Assembly (NCBI GenBank): GCA_037447435.1
Contig: JBBIGR010000031.1
Span: forward strand, 1-61,709
Origin: Fibrobacteria bacterium
GTDB taxonomy: Bacteria; Fibrobacterota; Chitinivibrionia; Chitinivibrionales; FEN-1185
DNA length: 61,709 bases
Direction of reading: 5' to 3'
Both the position numbers and the translations under genes were made by a program. The stretch's first letter is position 1. Every line of letters starts with the position of its first letter. Below are positions 47,854-57,700 of this stretch, piece by piece. The notes under the pieces were generated by a model. It saw only the letters and a list, made by a program, of their open reading frames with translations. It did no database searches and was not told the origin of the DNA.

Positions 47854-48960
47854 ATGTTTATGAACCATGAGAATTTGATACGGGGTAATATTCTTATTAT
47901 CGATGACGAATATGCCATTTGCGCCGGCGTATCAGGATTATTGAAATTGAACGGATTCAGGACGGATTATGTTTGTTCGGGCGATGATGGACTGCAGTAC
48001 CTGGAGCAACATCCGGAAACCGATATCGTTCTTTTGGACATCAATCTTGGAATCGGTAAAAGCGGCATAGAGCTTTTGCCCATAATACGGGAAAGGTTTA
48101 AATACGCCCAGGTCATGATGTTTACTTCTCATGATACTCTCAGCACCGGCTTGGAATGCATGAAAAAAGGTGCTTGCGATTATTTGACTAAACCTTTCAA
48201 AGAGGCGGAATTTTTAAAGAAAGTTCCCGATGCTCTTGCAAAAAAACAATTAAGCAGGTTGAATGATTTATATCTGGGGATTTTGGTACACGATTTAAAA
48301 AACCCGCTTCAATGCATTCTCGGGGCTTGGGACATTATTAAAATGAGCCTCACGACGCCGCTCAACGAATCTCAAAAACGCATTATCAGTTCCGGCGATA
48401 CGGGTATATCACAAATAAGAATGATGATAGAAAACATCCTGTCGGTTTCGAGATTCGAGACCGGTAATTTTTATGTTTCAAACGAAGAATTTTGTTTGGT
48501 TGATGAAACGGAAACGGTTTTGTCTCCTTTGCGCGACCAACTACGGGCGACCGGGCGAACATTTTCCATTCATGTCGATACGAATGCTCCGAAAACCATC
48601 GTTGCCGACAGAGATTTGTTTACCCGAGTATTATTCAACATCGTGTCGAACGCGTTGCGTTTTACGCCGGACTCCGGAGGAGTCACCATTGAATTCAATG
48701 AAAAAGAGACTGGAATTTTGCATACCATCATTTGCAATACCGGTTCATTTGTAGAGGAACGGTTCCGAACCGAAATTTTCGATAAATTCGCCAGTGTGCA
48801 AAAAATCAGCCAATCGGGCGGAGTGAGGAATTTCGGACTTGGTTTGACATTTAGTAAAATGGCCGTCGAGGCCATGGGCGGTAGTATTTGGGTCGAATCC
48901 CAAAAGGAGCCGGCACAAACCACCTTTCATTTTACCGTGAAAAATTGTAAGGCCGCATAA
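47854..48960 (+). CDS. Hybrid response regulator-histidine kinase (REC-HisKA-HATPase)
   Basis: ILIIDDE, LLDINL, YLTKPF; LVHDLKNPL; NIVSNALRF, IFDKF, GLGLTFSK. Confidence 0.93.
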   Translation: MFMNHENLIRGNILIIDDEYAICAGVSGLLKLNGFRTDYVCSGDDGLQYLEQHPETDIVLLDINLGIGKSGIELLPIIRERFKYAQVMMFTSHDTLSTGLECMKKGACDYLTKPFKEAEFLKKVPDALAKKQLSRLNDLYLGILVHDLKNPLQCILGAWDIIKMSLTTPLNESQKRIISSGDTGISQIRMMIENILSVSRFETGNFYVSNEEFCLVDETETVLSPLRDQLRATGRTFSIHVDTNAPKTIVADRDLFTRVLFNIVSNALRFTPDSGGVTIEFNEKETGILHTIICNTGSFVEERFRTEIFDKFASVQKISQSGGVRNFGLGLTFSKMAVEAMGGSIWVESQKEPAQTTFHFTVKNCKAA

Positions 48961-48962
48961 TC

Positions 48963-50018
48963 ATGGCAATGCAAAAAGTCGAAACTGAGGCTGTTTTAAA
49001 GGGCAAAGTAAGAAAAGAATTTGCCTGGAAAATAATTTCCGATTATTCCCGTTACGAGTTCTTCATGGAAAATGTTGATAAAGTCAATATTCTCGAGCGG
49101 ACTCCGACGCAGGGTAAATCGGAATGGTTCGTCACGATTGAAGAAGCTCCGCTCAAATGGGTCGAACGGGATTACTATGATGTTGATAATTTTGAACTCC
49201 GTTTCGAATCGATAGACGGCGATTTCGAAAGCATTCGGGGACGTTGGAAAGTGGAAAATTATCAAAATGAAGGCATTAAAATATTTTTCATTATAGAATA
49301 CGATCTTGGGATTCCGGTCATCGAGGAAGTGCTTGGACATATTCTTAAGGAAAAGATGAAGACCAACATCGATTCCATGATCCATGCAATTAAAGAAGAA
49401 TTAACAAAATCGCAAGACGACGACCGGAAATACCCGCGCTACAATATAGGAAAATACAATAACATTTCGTTGAACGAAAAATTTGTCAGAGCTTTCATTG
49501 TCAATGTGTCGCAAAAAGGAATGATGTTTTATTATGACGGTGAATTTGACGCGCAAAATATTCTTGTAAAAATCCAAGACCTTGGCATTGAAGCAGAAGC
49601 GTTGTTCAATGATCTTAAACATAAAAACATCCGGATTATTTTCAAACAGATCATTTCCCAAACCCAATTGGAATCCTTGGTTGGTTTTCTCGGATCCAAT
49701 TCCATTCGCGCTTATGAACGTGAAAATATCGACAAATATATGCCGATACTGTTTAACGATTCTGCATATTCGGTTTTTGTCATCAATATTTCGCCAAAAG
49801 GAATATTGTTCAAATACGACGGTACTTTCGATTGGCGCGACGAAATGTTCGAACTTGCGGGAGTAAAGCTTTTAGCCAGGGAAGTGCACCATGAAATCGC
49901 TTCGAAAACGATCAGAGTCGCTTTTACAGATACGTTGAACGATATCTTTTTTGCGGATTTGCTTAAAAAAATTAAGGAATTTGATCTCGGTCAACAGCAG
50001 ATGGAACTTGGATATTAA
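48963..50018 (+). CDS. SRPBCC/START (polyketide cyclase-like) domain fused to two PilZ domains
   Basis: N-terminal WKIISDYSRYEFFMENV...LRFESIDGDF..IRGRW...YDLGIP; PilZ1 RKYPR...NVSQKG; PilZ2 RAYER...NISPKG. Confidence 0.8.
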   Translation: MAMQKVETEAVLKGKVRKEFAWKIISDYSRYEFFMENVDKVNILERTPTQGKSEWFVTIEEAPLKWVERDYYDVDNFELRFESIDGDFESIRGRWKVENYQNEGIKIFFIIEYDLGIPVIEEVLGHILKEKMKTNIDSMIHAIKEELTKSQDDDRKYPRYNIGKYNNISLNEKFVRAFIVNVSQKGMMFYYDGEFDAQNILVKIQDLGIEAEALFNDLKHKNIRIIFKQIISQTQLESLVGFLGSNSIRAYERENIDKYMPILFNDSAYSVFVINISPKGILFKYDGTFDWRDEMFELAGVKLLAREVHHEIASKTIRVAFTDTLNDIFFADLLKKIKEFDLGQQQMELGY

Positions 50019-50020
50019 CA

Positions 50021-51154
50021 ATGGATAATGAATCTGAAAAACTAAAAAATACCAAAGTGGCCTTTGTTGCTCATCCGGCCGACATGGAAATGTATCGTTC
50101 ATATATTCGGTTTCTTAAGCCGGATAAAACCTATGATGATAAGCTGCTTTTAAAACTCTTTGAATGGTCGCCTTCCTATAAGGTTACCGAATGGACAAAT
50201 CTAACTTTTGATGGAAAATCGTTTTTTGACGCAATGTTCGTGATGGTGCCGTTTTTACCCGAAATGAAGGACATTCGTTTAAAAAAAATAGTTGAAAAAA
50301 TAGACCAGGCACTTGCAATCGCATCGGAACAGCAATGCAAAGTTGCCGCTCTCGGTGCATTTACATCGATTGTTTTGCAAGGTCAGGAAAAAAATTTTGC
50401 TCAAAAGCACAATATAAATTTAACTTCAGGGAATACGCTAACTGCTGCAACCGTTGTCCGCTCCATCGAACAAATCAGTGCGAAATTGGGTGTCGCGTTG
50501 CAAGATACAACGCTTGGCATCGTCGGTGCATCGGGCGATATTGGATCCGCGTGTGTCTCGTATTTTCAAAATAAAGTTAAAACAATGGTCCTGACCGCAC
50601 GAAGCGAATCATCATTGCAAACAATGGTTAAAAATCTTGATTCAAAACCCGAATGCACCCTGGAAATAACAACGGACAACAAAGCCGCAGTATCGAAATC
50701 CGATATCGTCATTTTTGTGACGAGTTCATATGTGCCGATGTTTACTCAAAACGATTTTAAACCCGGCACCATTGTTTGCGATGCTTCGGCGCCATTAAAT
50801 GTTACGATTTCCGACAAGCCGCGGAAGGATGTTTTTATTTATCACGGCGGCATTTTGTCCTTGCCTTTTTCCCTTGATCCTGGATTTGATATCGGCCTTG
50901 CATCACCGTATACTTTTTACGGTTGCCAAATTGAGGGAGCACTCATGGCTCTAGATTCCACTCTACCGTGTTCGTGGGGAAGAGGGAATATTACAAAGGA
51001 AAAATTGGGATCGTTTTTGCAGAAATTATACACCGTTCCCCGGTTGGATATTTCCTATTCGGTTGGAAAACATACTTATTCGGAAGAAGAACTCGAAAAT
51101 TACAAAAAAGAATTTTTACATAGCAAAAACGCATCATTTCGTCGATGTGCTTAA
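50021..51154 (+). CDS. Long-chain acyl-ACP reductase-like protein (aldehyde-forming, cyanobacterial AAR family)
   Basis: ALGAFTSIV, TSGNTLTA, GIVGASGDIGSA (Rossmann), FYGCQIE (catalytic Cys), SWGRGNIT parallel AAR motifs ALGGFTSII, TTGNTHTA, GATGDIGSA, FACFAE, SWGRNQIT. Confidence 0.85.
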   Translation: MDNESEKLKNTKVAFVAHPADMEMYRSYIRFLKPDKTYDDKLLLKLFEWSPSYKVTEWTNLTFDGKSFFDAMFVMVPFLPEMKDIRLKKIVEKIDQALAIASEQQCKVAALGAFTSIVLQGQEKNFAQKHNINLTSGNTLTAATVVRSIEQISAKLGVALQDTTLGIVGASGDIGSACVSYFQNKVKTMVLTARSESSLQTMVKNLDSKPECTLEITTDNKAAVSKSDIVIFVTSSYVPMFTQNDFKPGTIVCDASAPLNVTISDKPRKDVFIYHGGILSLPFSLDPGFDIGLASPYTFYGCQIEGALMALDSTLPCSWGRGNITKEKLGSFLQKLYTVPRLDISYSVGKHTYSEEELENYKKEFLHSKNASFRRCA

Positions 51155-51171
51155 AAGCCGGAATAAATCCT

Positions 51172-51411
51172 ATGGACAATGCAAAAAAAGATAAAATTTA
51201 CAGCATAATGCAGAGTGCGACCGGTATTAACGTGGAAACTTTGCAACGGGAAAAACCGTTGCGGGACCAAATTGATCTGGACTCAATGCAATTTTTGGCG
51301 GTTATTGCAAAACTTGAAAACGATTTGGGTATAGAATTGCCGCTTTCGGTTATGGAAGCCCAAACCATGTCGGAGTTTTTTACCGAACTTGACAGGGAAC
51401 TAGGAGAATAG
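51172..51411 (+). CDS. Acyl carrier protein
   Basis: Small acidic protein; LDSMQF phosphopantetheinylation Ser; LENDLGIEL. Confidence 0.88.
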   Translation: MDNAKKDKIYSIMQSATGINVETLQREKPLRDQIDLDSMQFLAVIAKLENDLGIELPLSVMEAQTMSEFFTELDRELGE

Positions 51412-51418
51412 TTGTGCG

Positions 51419-52780
51419 ATGCCGCTTTTGACCGATAATCTTGCGTTTGGTAAGATACATTTCCAAAATAAAACATATGTACCGCAAACAATACAGGCCC
51501 ACATCGAAGAGGTGAGCCTGTATTTAAAAAAAAGAACCATATCCAATTCCCCCTTTGTTTTTTTATTCGCTCCAAATCATGTAAAAACGGTTTATGCCGT
51601 TTTCGGAATCATAAAAGCAGGCAAAATATGCGTTCTTGTCGATCCTTTGCAGGGAAAAATCGAAGTAGAAGAAATGATGAAAACAACGCCGCCCGCAGCG
51701 ATTATTCGAATTAATAGAGAAACGGACGGTTTTGATTACAACGAAGAATTTGAATTCAAGCATTATATGCTTGGTGATGCAAAATTACAAGGGCTTGCCG
51801 ATGTTTGCATGATATTGTACGGTGCGGGTATGGACGGATTTCCTCAGGCCGCTATGTTGACCAATGAAAGTCTTATCGCAAATGCAAATGCGCTCAATTC
51901 CTGCAATGAATTAAATCGAGAATCGACGTCATGTTCAATAATAGCCATTCATCACCTTTTCGCATTTCAGACGGGGGTACTTGTTCCTTTCCTTAAACAA
52001 AGCAACACATTAATTGTCGACACCAATGATTTGAGATCCATGCGCTCAATCGCAACGCAATTGCAGGATTTTAATGTCGACCATATATACTCCGTACCAA
52101 TAGTGTATTATTTCCTTAGAAAAATACCGGGCATTTCAGAATATTTTAAAACAGTCAATGCATTAGAGAGCGGAGGGTGCAAACTTTCACGCCAGATATT
52201 CGATTTATATAAAGCCGATTTTGGTATTGAAATTCATGAGGGCTACGGCCTCACCGAAGCCTCGCCGATGTGCACGTGGCACAGACCCCATGATCCTATT
52301 AAAATCGAATCTGTCGGCCGGTCTTTGCCCGGTTGTGAAATCAATATTGTGGATAGCGATGGAAAAATCGCCAAAATGGGGGATGTTGGAGAAGTTTGTG
52401 TCAGAGGGCCAAACGTTTTTAAGGGATATTTCGGAAACCCGAGTATGACGAATGATGTTTTTAAAAATGATTTTCTTTTTACCGGCGACCTTGGAAAACT
52501 TGATAATGACGGATATTTATATTTAAAAGGGATAAAAAAGAACATGGTAAACCTTGGCGGGAATAAAGTTTTTCCTGCCGAGACGGAGAAATTGATAAAG
52601 AAAAATAATAACGTTATGTCTTGCGATATAAAAGGGGTTGAAACCAATGGCATGGGGATAGTGGTTTCAGCGAAAATACATTTACGGAACAATACTGCAG
52701 AGTCGCAGATTGCTTTAAAAAAATGGTGCCGGAATACTATAACGTCATATAAAATTCCGACGGAATGGGTTTTTATTTAA
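51419..52780 (+). CDS. ANL-superfamily (acyl-CoA/acyl-ACP synthetase-like) enzyme, non-canonical
   Basis: EGYGLTEASP, SVGRSLPG, GEVCVRGPNVFKGY, FTGDLG and GGNKVFPAE retained; P-loop degenerate (YGAGMDGFPQA); C-terminus ends at YKIPTEWVFI. Confidence 0.85.
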   Translation: MPLLTDNLAFGKIHFQNKTYVPQTIQAHIEEVSLYLKKRTISNSPFVFLFAPNHVKTVYAVFGIIKAGKICVLVDPLQGKIEVEEMMKTTPPAAIIRINRETDGFDYNEEFEFKHYMLGDAKLQGLADVCMILYGAGMDGFPQAAMLTNESLIANANALNSCNELNRESTSCSIIAIHHLFAFQTGVLVPFLKQSNTLIVDTNDLRSMRSIATQLQDFNVDHIYSVPIVYYFLRKIPGISEYFKTVNALESGGCKLSRQIFDLYKADFGIEIHEGYGLTEASPMCTWHRPHDPIKIESVGRSLPGCEINIVDSDGKIAKMGDVGEVCVRGPNVFKGYFGNPSMTNDVFKNDFLFTGDLGKLDNDGYLYLKGIKKNMVNLGGNKVFPAETEKLIKKNNNVMSCDIKGVETNGMGIVVSAKIHLRNNTAESQIALKKWCRNTITSYKIPTEWVFI

Positions 52781-52827
52781 AATCCGGAATCCTATCGAAT
52801 TGATTCAAGAATCATAAGGAGAAAAGC

Positions 52828-54603
52828 ATGAAGATGACTGTTGCAAAAGCTATTGTCAAATGTTTGGAAATAGAAGATATCAAAATAGCCTTCGGTATTA
52901 TCGGTTCACATTATCTTTCTTTATTTAAGGAAATAAAAGATTCAAATATAAAATACATTTCCGTAAAACATGAGGCCGCAGCGGGATATATGGCATTATC
53001 GTATACGCGAACCGCACAACAGCCTTCTTTAATATTGGGAACAGCAGGTCCCGGAGCTGCAAACCTTGTTGGCAGTGTTGCTGAAATGTTTAAAGCGGGG
53101 ATACCCGGGATCATTATCACGCCCACCGTCGCTTCTACCTTATTTGGAAAAAAAGCTTTACAGGAAGATTCCGGTTTGGGTACATCGTATTCCATTACTT
53201 CTCTAATGGGAAATATCACTAAACAATCGATTCTTGCATTTCGTCACGATCAAATACCGCAATACTTAAGAGACTTGATACGTTGTTCCCTTACTGCTCC
53301 TTTTGGGCCGGTACATTTGTGCGTTCCCTGCGATTTTTTTGATATGGAATTGGAATTTGACGAAATAGAACCTTTCAATTATCGTACAATTGAAGATGAG
53401 AGAATGGAATCTAAAAAATTATGTTTGGTTGCCGAAGAGTTACGGAATGCTCAAAACCCTCTCTTGCTAATAGGCAATAGATGTGTTTTTCCAGATTGTT
53501 CTGTCCAGATACAGGCAATTTGCGATCATTGGAACATTCCATTTATCCTTACTCATGCTTCAAAGGGTTTACTAAATGAGCGTCAGGACTTATTTGGCGG
53601 TGTTTTGGATTATTTCGGGCATAAATCCGCCGAACGATATGTGAAACAATGCGATTGTATTTTTGCGATTGGCTTGGATTTTTCTGAAGCGGAAACTCTT
53701 GCTTACGATCCTGAATTATTTAAAAACTCAAAACTATTTATTTTGGACTCCGATAGTTCTCAATTTACATCATCATATAAATTTGCGCAGAGTATTTCAG
53801 GGAGCATCAAGCATTCACTGGCGTTTCTTTTGGAACATATGCATACGATTGTCAAAAAGGACCTCATGAACCTTGCAGACTATCGGGATAAAATGCGGAG
53901 CATGAATGAGTACCAATTTTCTGAAATGGCCACAGAATCGGACCCGATGAAGATTGAGTATATTATCAGCAATCTTTCCCGCATTATGCCGGAAAAAAGC
54001 GCGGTTTATTCAGATATGGGCGCAAGCACATTTTCATTTATTCGTCACTATGCGACTAATAAGCAGGGTTTTCATGCTTTAAGTGGAAATTATTCTATGG
54101 GACAAGCTGTCGCCGGATGTATAGGGGGAAAGCTTTCAAATCCGGATAAGTTCGTTGTCGCAATTTCCGGTGACGGTGCATTCCTCATGCACAGCAACGA
54201 AATATTAACTGCGGTCCAATATGGTCTCGGGATCACCTGGATTGTGTTTGTTGAAGACCTCTATAATATGATTCAAATCAATCAATGTCTTGCCTATGGC
54301 GGAGGGCTCGAATTTTGTACGCGGATTAATAATCCGAATTTTCAAAAACTCGCCGAAGCATACGGAATACACTACTATGAAATTAAAACCAAGGAGGATA
54401 TAGAATCATCGATTAAAAAAGCGTATGAAAAAAATCGGCAAAACGAATCTGTTCTTATTACGGTCACCTATGCCTTCGAGCAACATCTTCCTATAAAACC
54501 TCAATTGGTTCGTTCAATGAAAAACATGGGACAAACCAAAGACATCCAATCTAATCCGTATTTGATGAAAGCTTTTTCCAAGGCTTTAAAAGAAAAAGGC
54601 TAA
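52828..54603 (+). CDS. Thiamine diphosphate-dependent enzyme (acetolactate synthase-like fold, putative carboligase)
   Basis: KHEAAAGYMA (catalytic Glu), GPGAAN, ALQE, GPVHLCVP, SMGQAV, GDGAFLM ThDP motif. Confidence 0.9.
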   Translation: MKMTVAKAIVKCLEIEDIKIAFGIIGSHYLSLFKEIKDSNIKYISVKHEAAAGYMALSYTRTAQQPSLILGTAGPGAANLVGSVAEMFKAGIPGIIITPTVASTLFGKKALQEDSGLGTSYSITSLMGNITKQSILAFRHDQIPQYLRDLIRCSLTAPFGPVHLCVPCDFFDMELEFDEIEPFNYRTIEDERMESKKLCLVAEELRNAQNPLLLIGNRCVFPDCSVQIQAICDHWNIPFILTHASKGLLNERQDLFGGVLDYFGHKSAERYVKQCDCIFAIGLDFSEAETLAYDPELFKNSKLFILDSDSSQFTSSYKFAQSISGSIKHSLAFLLEHMHTIVKKDLMNLADYRDKMRSMNEYQFSEMATESDPMKIEYIISNLSRIMPEKSAVYSDMGASTFSFIRHYATNKQGFHALSGNYSMGQAVAGCIGGKLSNPDKFVVAISGDGAFLMHSNEILTAVQYGLGITWIVFVEDLYNMIQINQCLAYGGGLEFCTRINNPNFQKLAEAYGIHYYEIKTKEDIESSIKKAYEKNRQNESVLITVTYAFEQHLPIKPQLVRSMKNMGQTKDIQSNPYLMKAFSKALKEKG

Positions 54604-54638
54604 GGAATGATCGGATTAATTCCCCCGGCAGAATATAA

Positions 54639-54668
54639 TTGACATTTTGACCTTATTAATCGTACAAT
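54639..54668 (+). promoter_or_regulatory. Putative internal sigma70 promoter for the large kinase
   Basis: TTGACA-N18-TACAAT about 60 nt upstream of ATG 54728. Confidence 0.55.
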
Positions 54669-54727
54669 AAGCTTTCCAGAGATATTTCCAAACGATTTGG
54701 GAACAACATTCTGTCCATGGAACGGCT

Positions 54728-57700
54728 ATGCCACCTACCGGAACATTTTCCCGAGAATTCGATATTGTCAATATTGTGTCCAGTAGCCAGGACAGTGAAG
54801 TGGTATTGACGCGTAAAAAAGAAACCGGCGAACAGTTCATTCTTAAGTCACTCAATGAAACGAATGGAAATAGTAATGATTTGGTAAGTAGAAAACTCCG
54901 GTTTAAGCGCGAAGTCGACATCGTTTCTTCCTTTGAACATCCCCGCATTGCAAAACCCGCCGAAACTTTTACGGACGACAAAAATATTTCTATACTATAC
55001 CCCTATAAAAACGGAAAAACCCTTGCTAAAATCATCGAGGAAACCTCGATGTTTTCAATAGACGATACTCTTTTGTATATATATCAAATTCTTGATGCGC
55101 TTGAATATATCCATTCAAGAAGTATCATCCATTGCGATGTGAATCCGTATAATATTTATGTCGATGAAAATCGAGGCGTAGAACTTTTGGATTTTGGCCT
55201 TTCCATGACGGAGGAGGAGGCGCAAAAACTTCCTGAAGGCCAGATCATTGGCACAATCCCTTTCCTCTCTCCTGAACAAATGGGATTTACGGATTTTAAA
55301 ATAGATTTCCGATCCGATTTGTATTGCGCCGGAATTATTCTGTATCAACTTTTAACGGGCCGACAACCATTCCCGATAAATAATAATTCATTAGCGGAAT
55401 TACTTGATTCTACGCTTAAAACCGAAGTTAAACCCATTAAAAACATTCCTGCCTATTTGAATAAAATAGTTTTGAAATCTTTAAAGGCAACCCAAGAGGA
55501 CAGATATCAAACTGCATCCGGGTTTAAATACGACATCGAAATGGCATCCAAAGCCATTAAGGAGGAAGGGAGCAAGACCTTTATTCCGGGAGAAAAAGAC
55601 GCCATTTTAGCGGTAAATAAAGCTCGGATCTTTGTTGCTCGGGAAGATGAAATAAATTCTCTGAAACAGGGCCTCAAACAACTTAATCTTGGGATCGGGT
55701 CGTCGTTTTTATTGTATGGAAAGTCGGGGGTAGGGAAAACGGAAATCGTTAGACAATTCAGACATTCCGTCGATGAATCGAAGACGTTGTTTTTGTCGTC
55801 CAAGTGCAATAGGTTTAGTGTTAGTCAACCTTTTGCGACAATCCGGCATACCGTTCTTGATTTCTTTGCGAAGGCAGTTGGAAAAAATGAGGATAAACGT
55901 TATGAATTAAAATATGTTCTTAGCAATAAGTTATCCGAATTTTCCGGATTGCTTTGTTTATTAATACCGGAATTAAAACCCTATTTTGAAAAAATTGGTG
56001 GACTAAATAATGTTGAAAAAGAACGGGAAACCGATCGGATCGTTTACGTCCTCTCAAAATTGTTGCTGACACTGACTGAAACGCAGAGCACTATCGTGTT
56101 CCTGGATGATGTACAATGGATCGATCAAATTTCCTATGAAATCTTAAAGAAAACAATGGTTCAAAATCCCGTCTGCTGCATCATCATGAACTATAGAATT
56201 TCCGGGTCTCAGACCGAACCGCATTTCTTTAACGACGATATTAAAAGGCTGCCAATACATAAAACTATTCCAATAAAGCCGTTTTCTTTATTGGAAGCCC
56301 GTGACCTTATTTCGTTTCATGTGGGACGGATTCAGGATTCCGAAAAACTTGCCGAAGTTTTATTTGCAAAATCGGAAGGTAATCCTTTCACCTTAGTTGA
56401 AGCGACTCGCTACCTTGTCAATACCGGAATCCTTTTGCAAGGACATCAAGGATGGTATTTCCATAGTGCTGAAATAAATAAATTGCCCGATAAATTCGAT
56501 ACGGTGTCACTCGTTATTTCAAAACTCGGAGACCTTACCGACCAGGAAACCAAGGTGTTGTGGCTGGCCTCGTTAATCCAAGGCAAATTCAATACAACGC
56601 TCTTAATGAAAATTATTAACTGTGAAAAGATATTTATCGATAAGACAATCCAGAAACTGGATTCCCTCGGTTTTATTGTACGGAAATCAAACAATGATTG
56701 TCATTTCATTCATGACAAAGTCCAGGAATCGGTAAGTTCAAGAATTCCAAAAGATATTTCCTTTGATTATAATGAAAGGATCGCTTTAGAATTTGAGATA
56801 CATGCAAAAGACAATCCCGACCTGATTTACAGTGCAGCAGAATATTATTTGAAAAGCAAAAACATCTCAAAAGCGGTTGATATATCATATAAGGCTGCGA
56901 AGCATGCCACCGAAAAAATCGCCTTTGATGTTGCGACGCGGTACTTTCGGAATGTGACGCTCATGGCAGGACAATGCGAGCAACTGAAATTACCGATCAT
57001 CGTAGATCTTACTACGGCTCAAATGGATTTTGCAAATGTATTGATGCTTACCGGCCGAAACCAACAGGCCCTGAACATTTATCACAAATTGATTCAGAAC
57101 GAGAATGGTCTTAAAACATATCAGTTGCTTGAAATAAAATTCCGGATCGGTTCTATATACCACACAATGGGAAAATTTGATGATTCCATCAAATATTTAG
57201 TCGATGCATTGGATTCACTCGGCATCAGGCTTCCAAGTAATAAAGCATTGGTCGTAGTGTACCTTTTGTCTGAAATAGTGGTTCAAGCGCTGCATTCGTT
57301 CGGCCTTAAATATTTAATGCCGAAAAAAAAGAGCAAATACATAAAGCTGTCCATTAGAATTCTGAATAAATTGTCATATTCATTTTATTTTAAAGATCTT
57401 GTTTTTACGATGCTTACTCATTTTCGCGCAATGAATATGTCCGATTCCCTTGAAGATTGTTTTGAAAAAGCGGAAACATATGCATATCATGTCGTTCCTG
57501 CTTTTTTAATGCTTCTTAAAAAGAGATCCCTTAAATATTTCAAAAAGTCGTTATTTATTGCAAATAGGATATCGCATGTAGACATTCAGGCCATCGCAAG
57601 AAATTTTGGCGGGATTTCTCAGTATTATAATGCTAAATGGAAAAACGCGGAAAGCCTGTTAAAGGAAAGTATTGACAATTACAAATCGATAGGAAATTCC

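Noticed and set aside
50021..51154. Cyanobacterial alkane biosynthesis operon
   Set aside because: No aldehyde-deformylating oxygenase gene nearby; the neighbours point to another fate for the aldehyde.
52828..54603. Calling the ThDP enzyme ilvB
   Set aside because: No regulatory subunit or other ilv/leu genes adjacent, the sequence is divergent, and it sits in an ACP-containing cassette.
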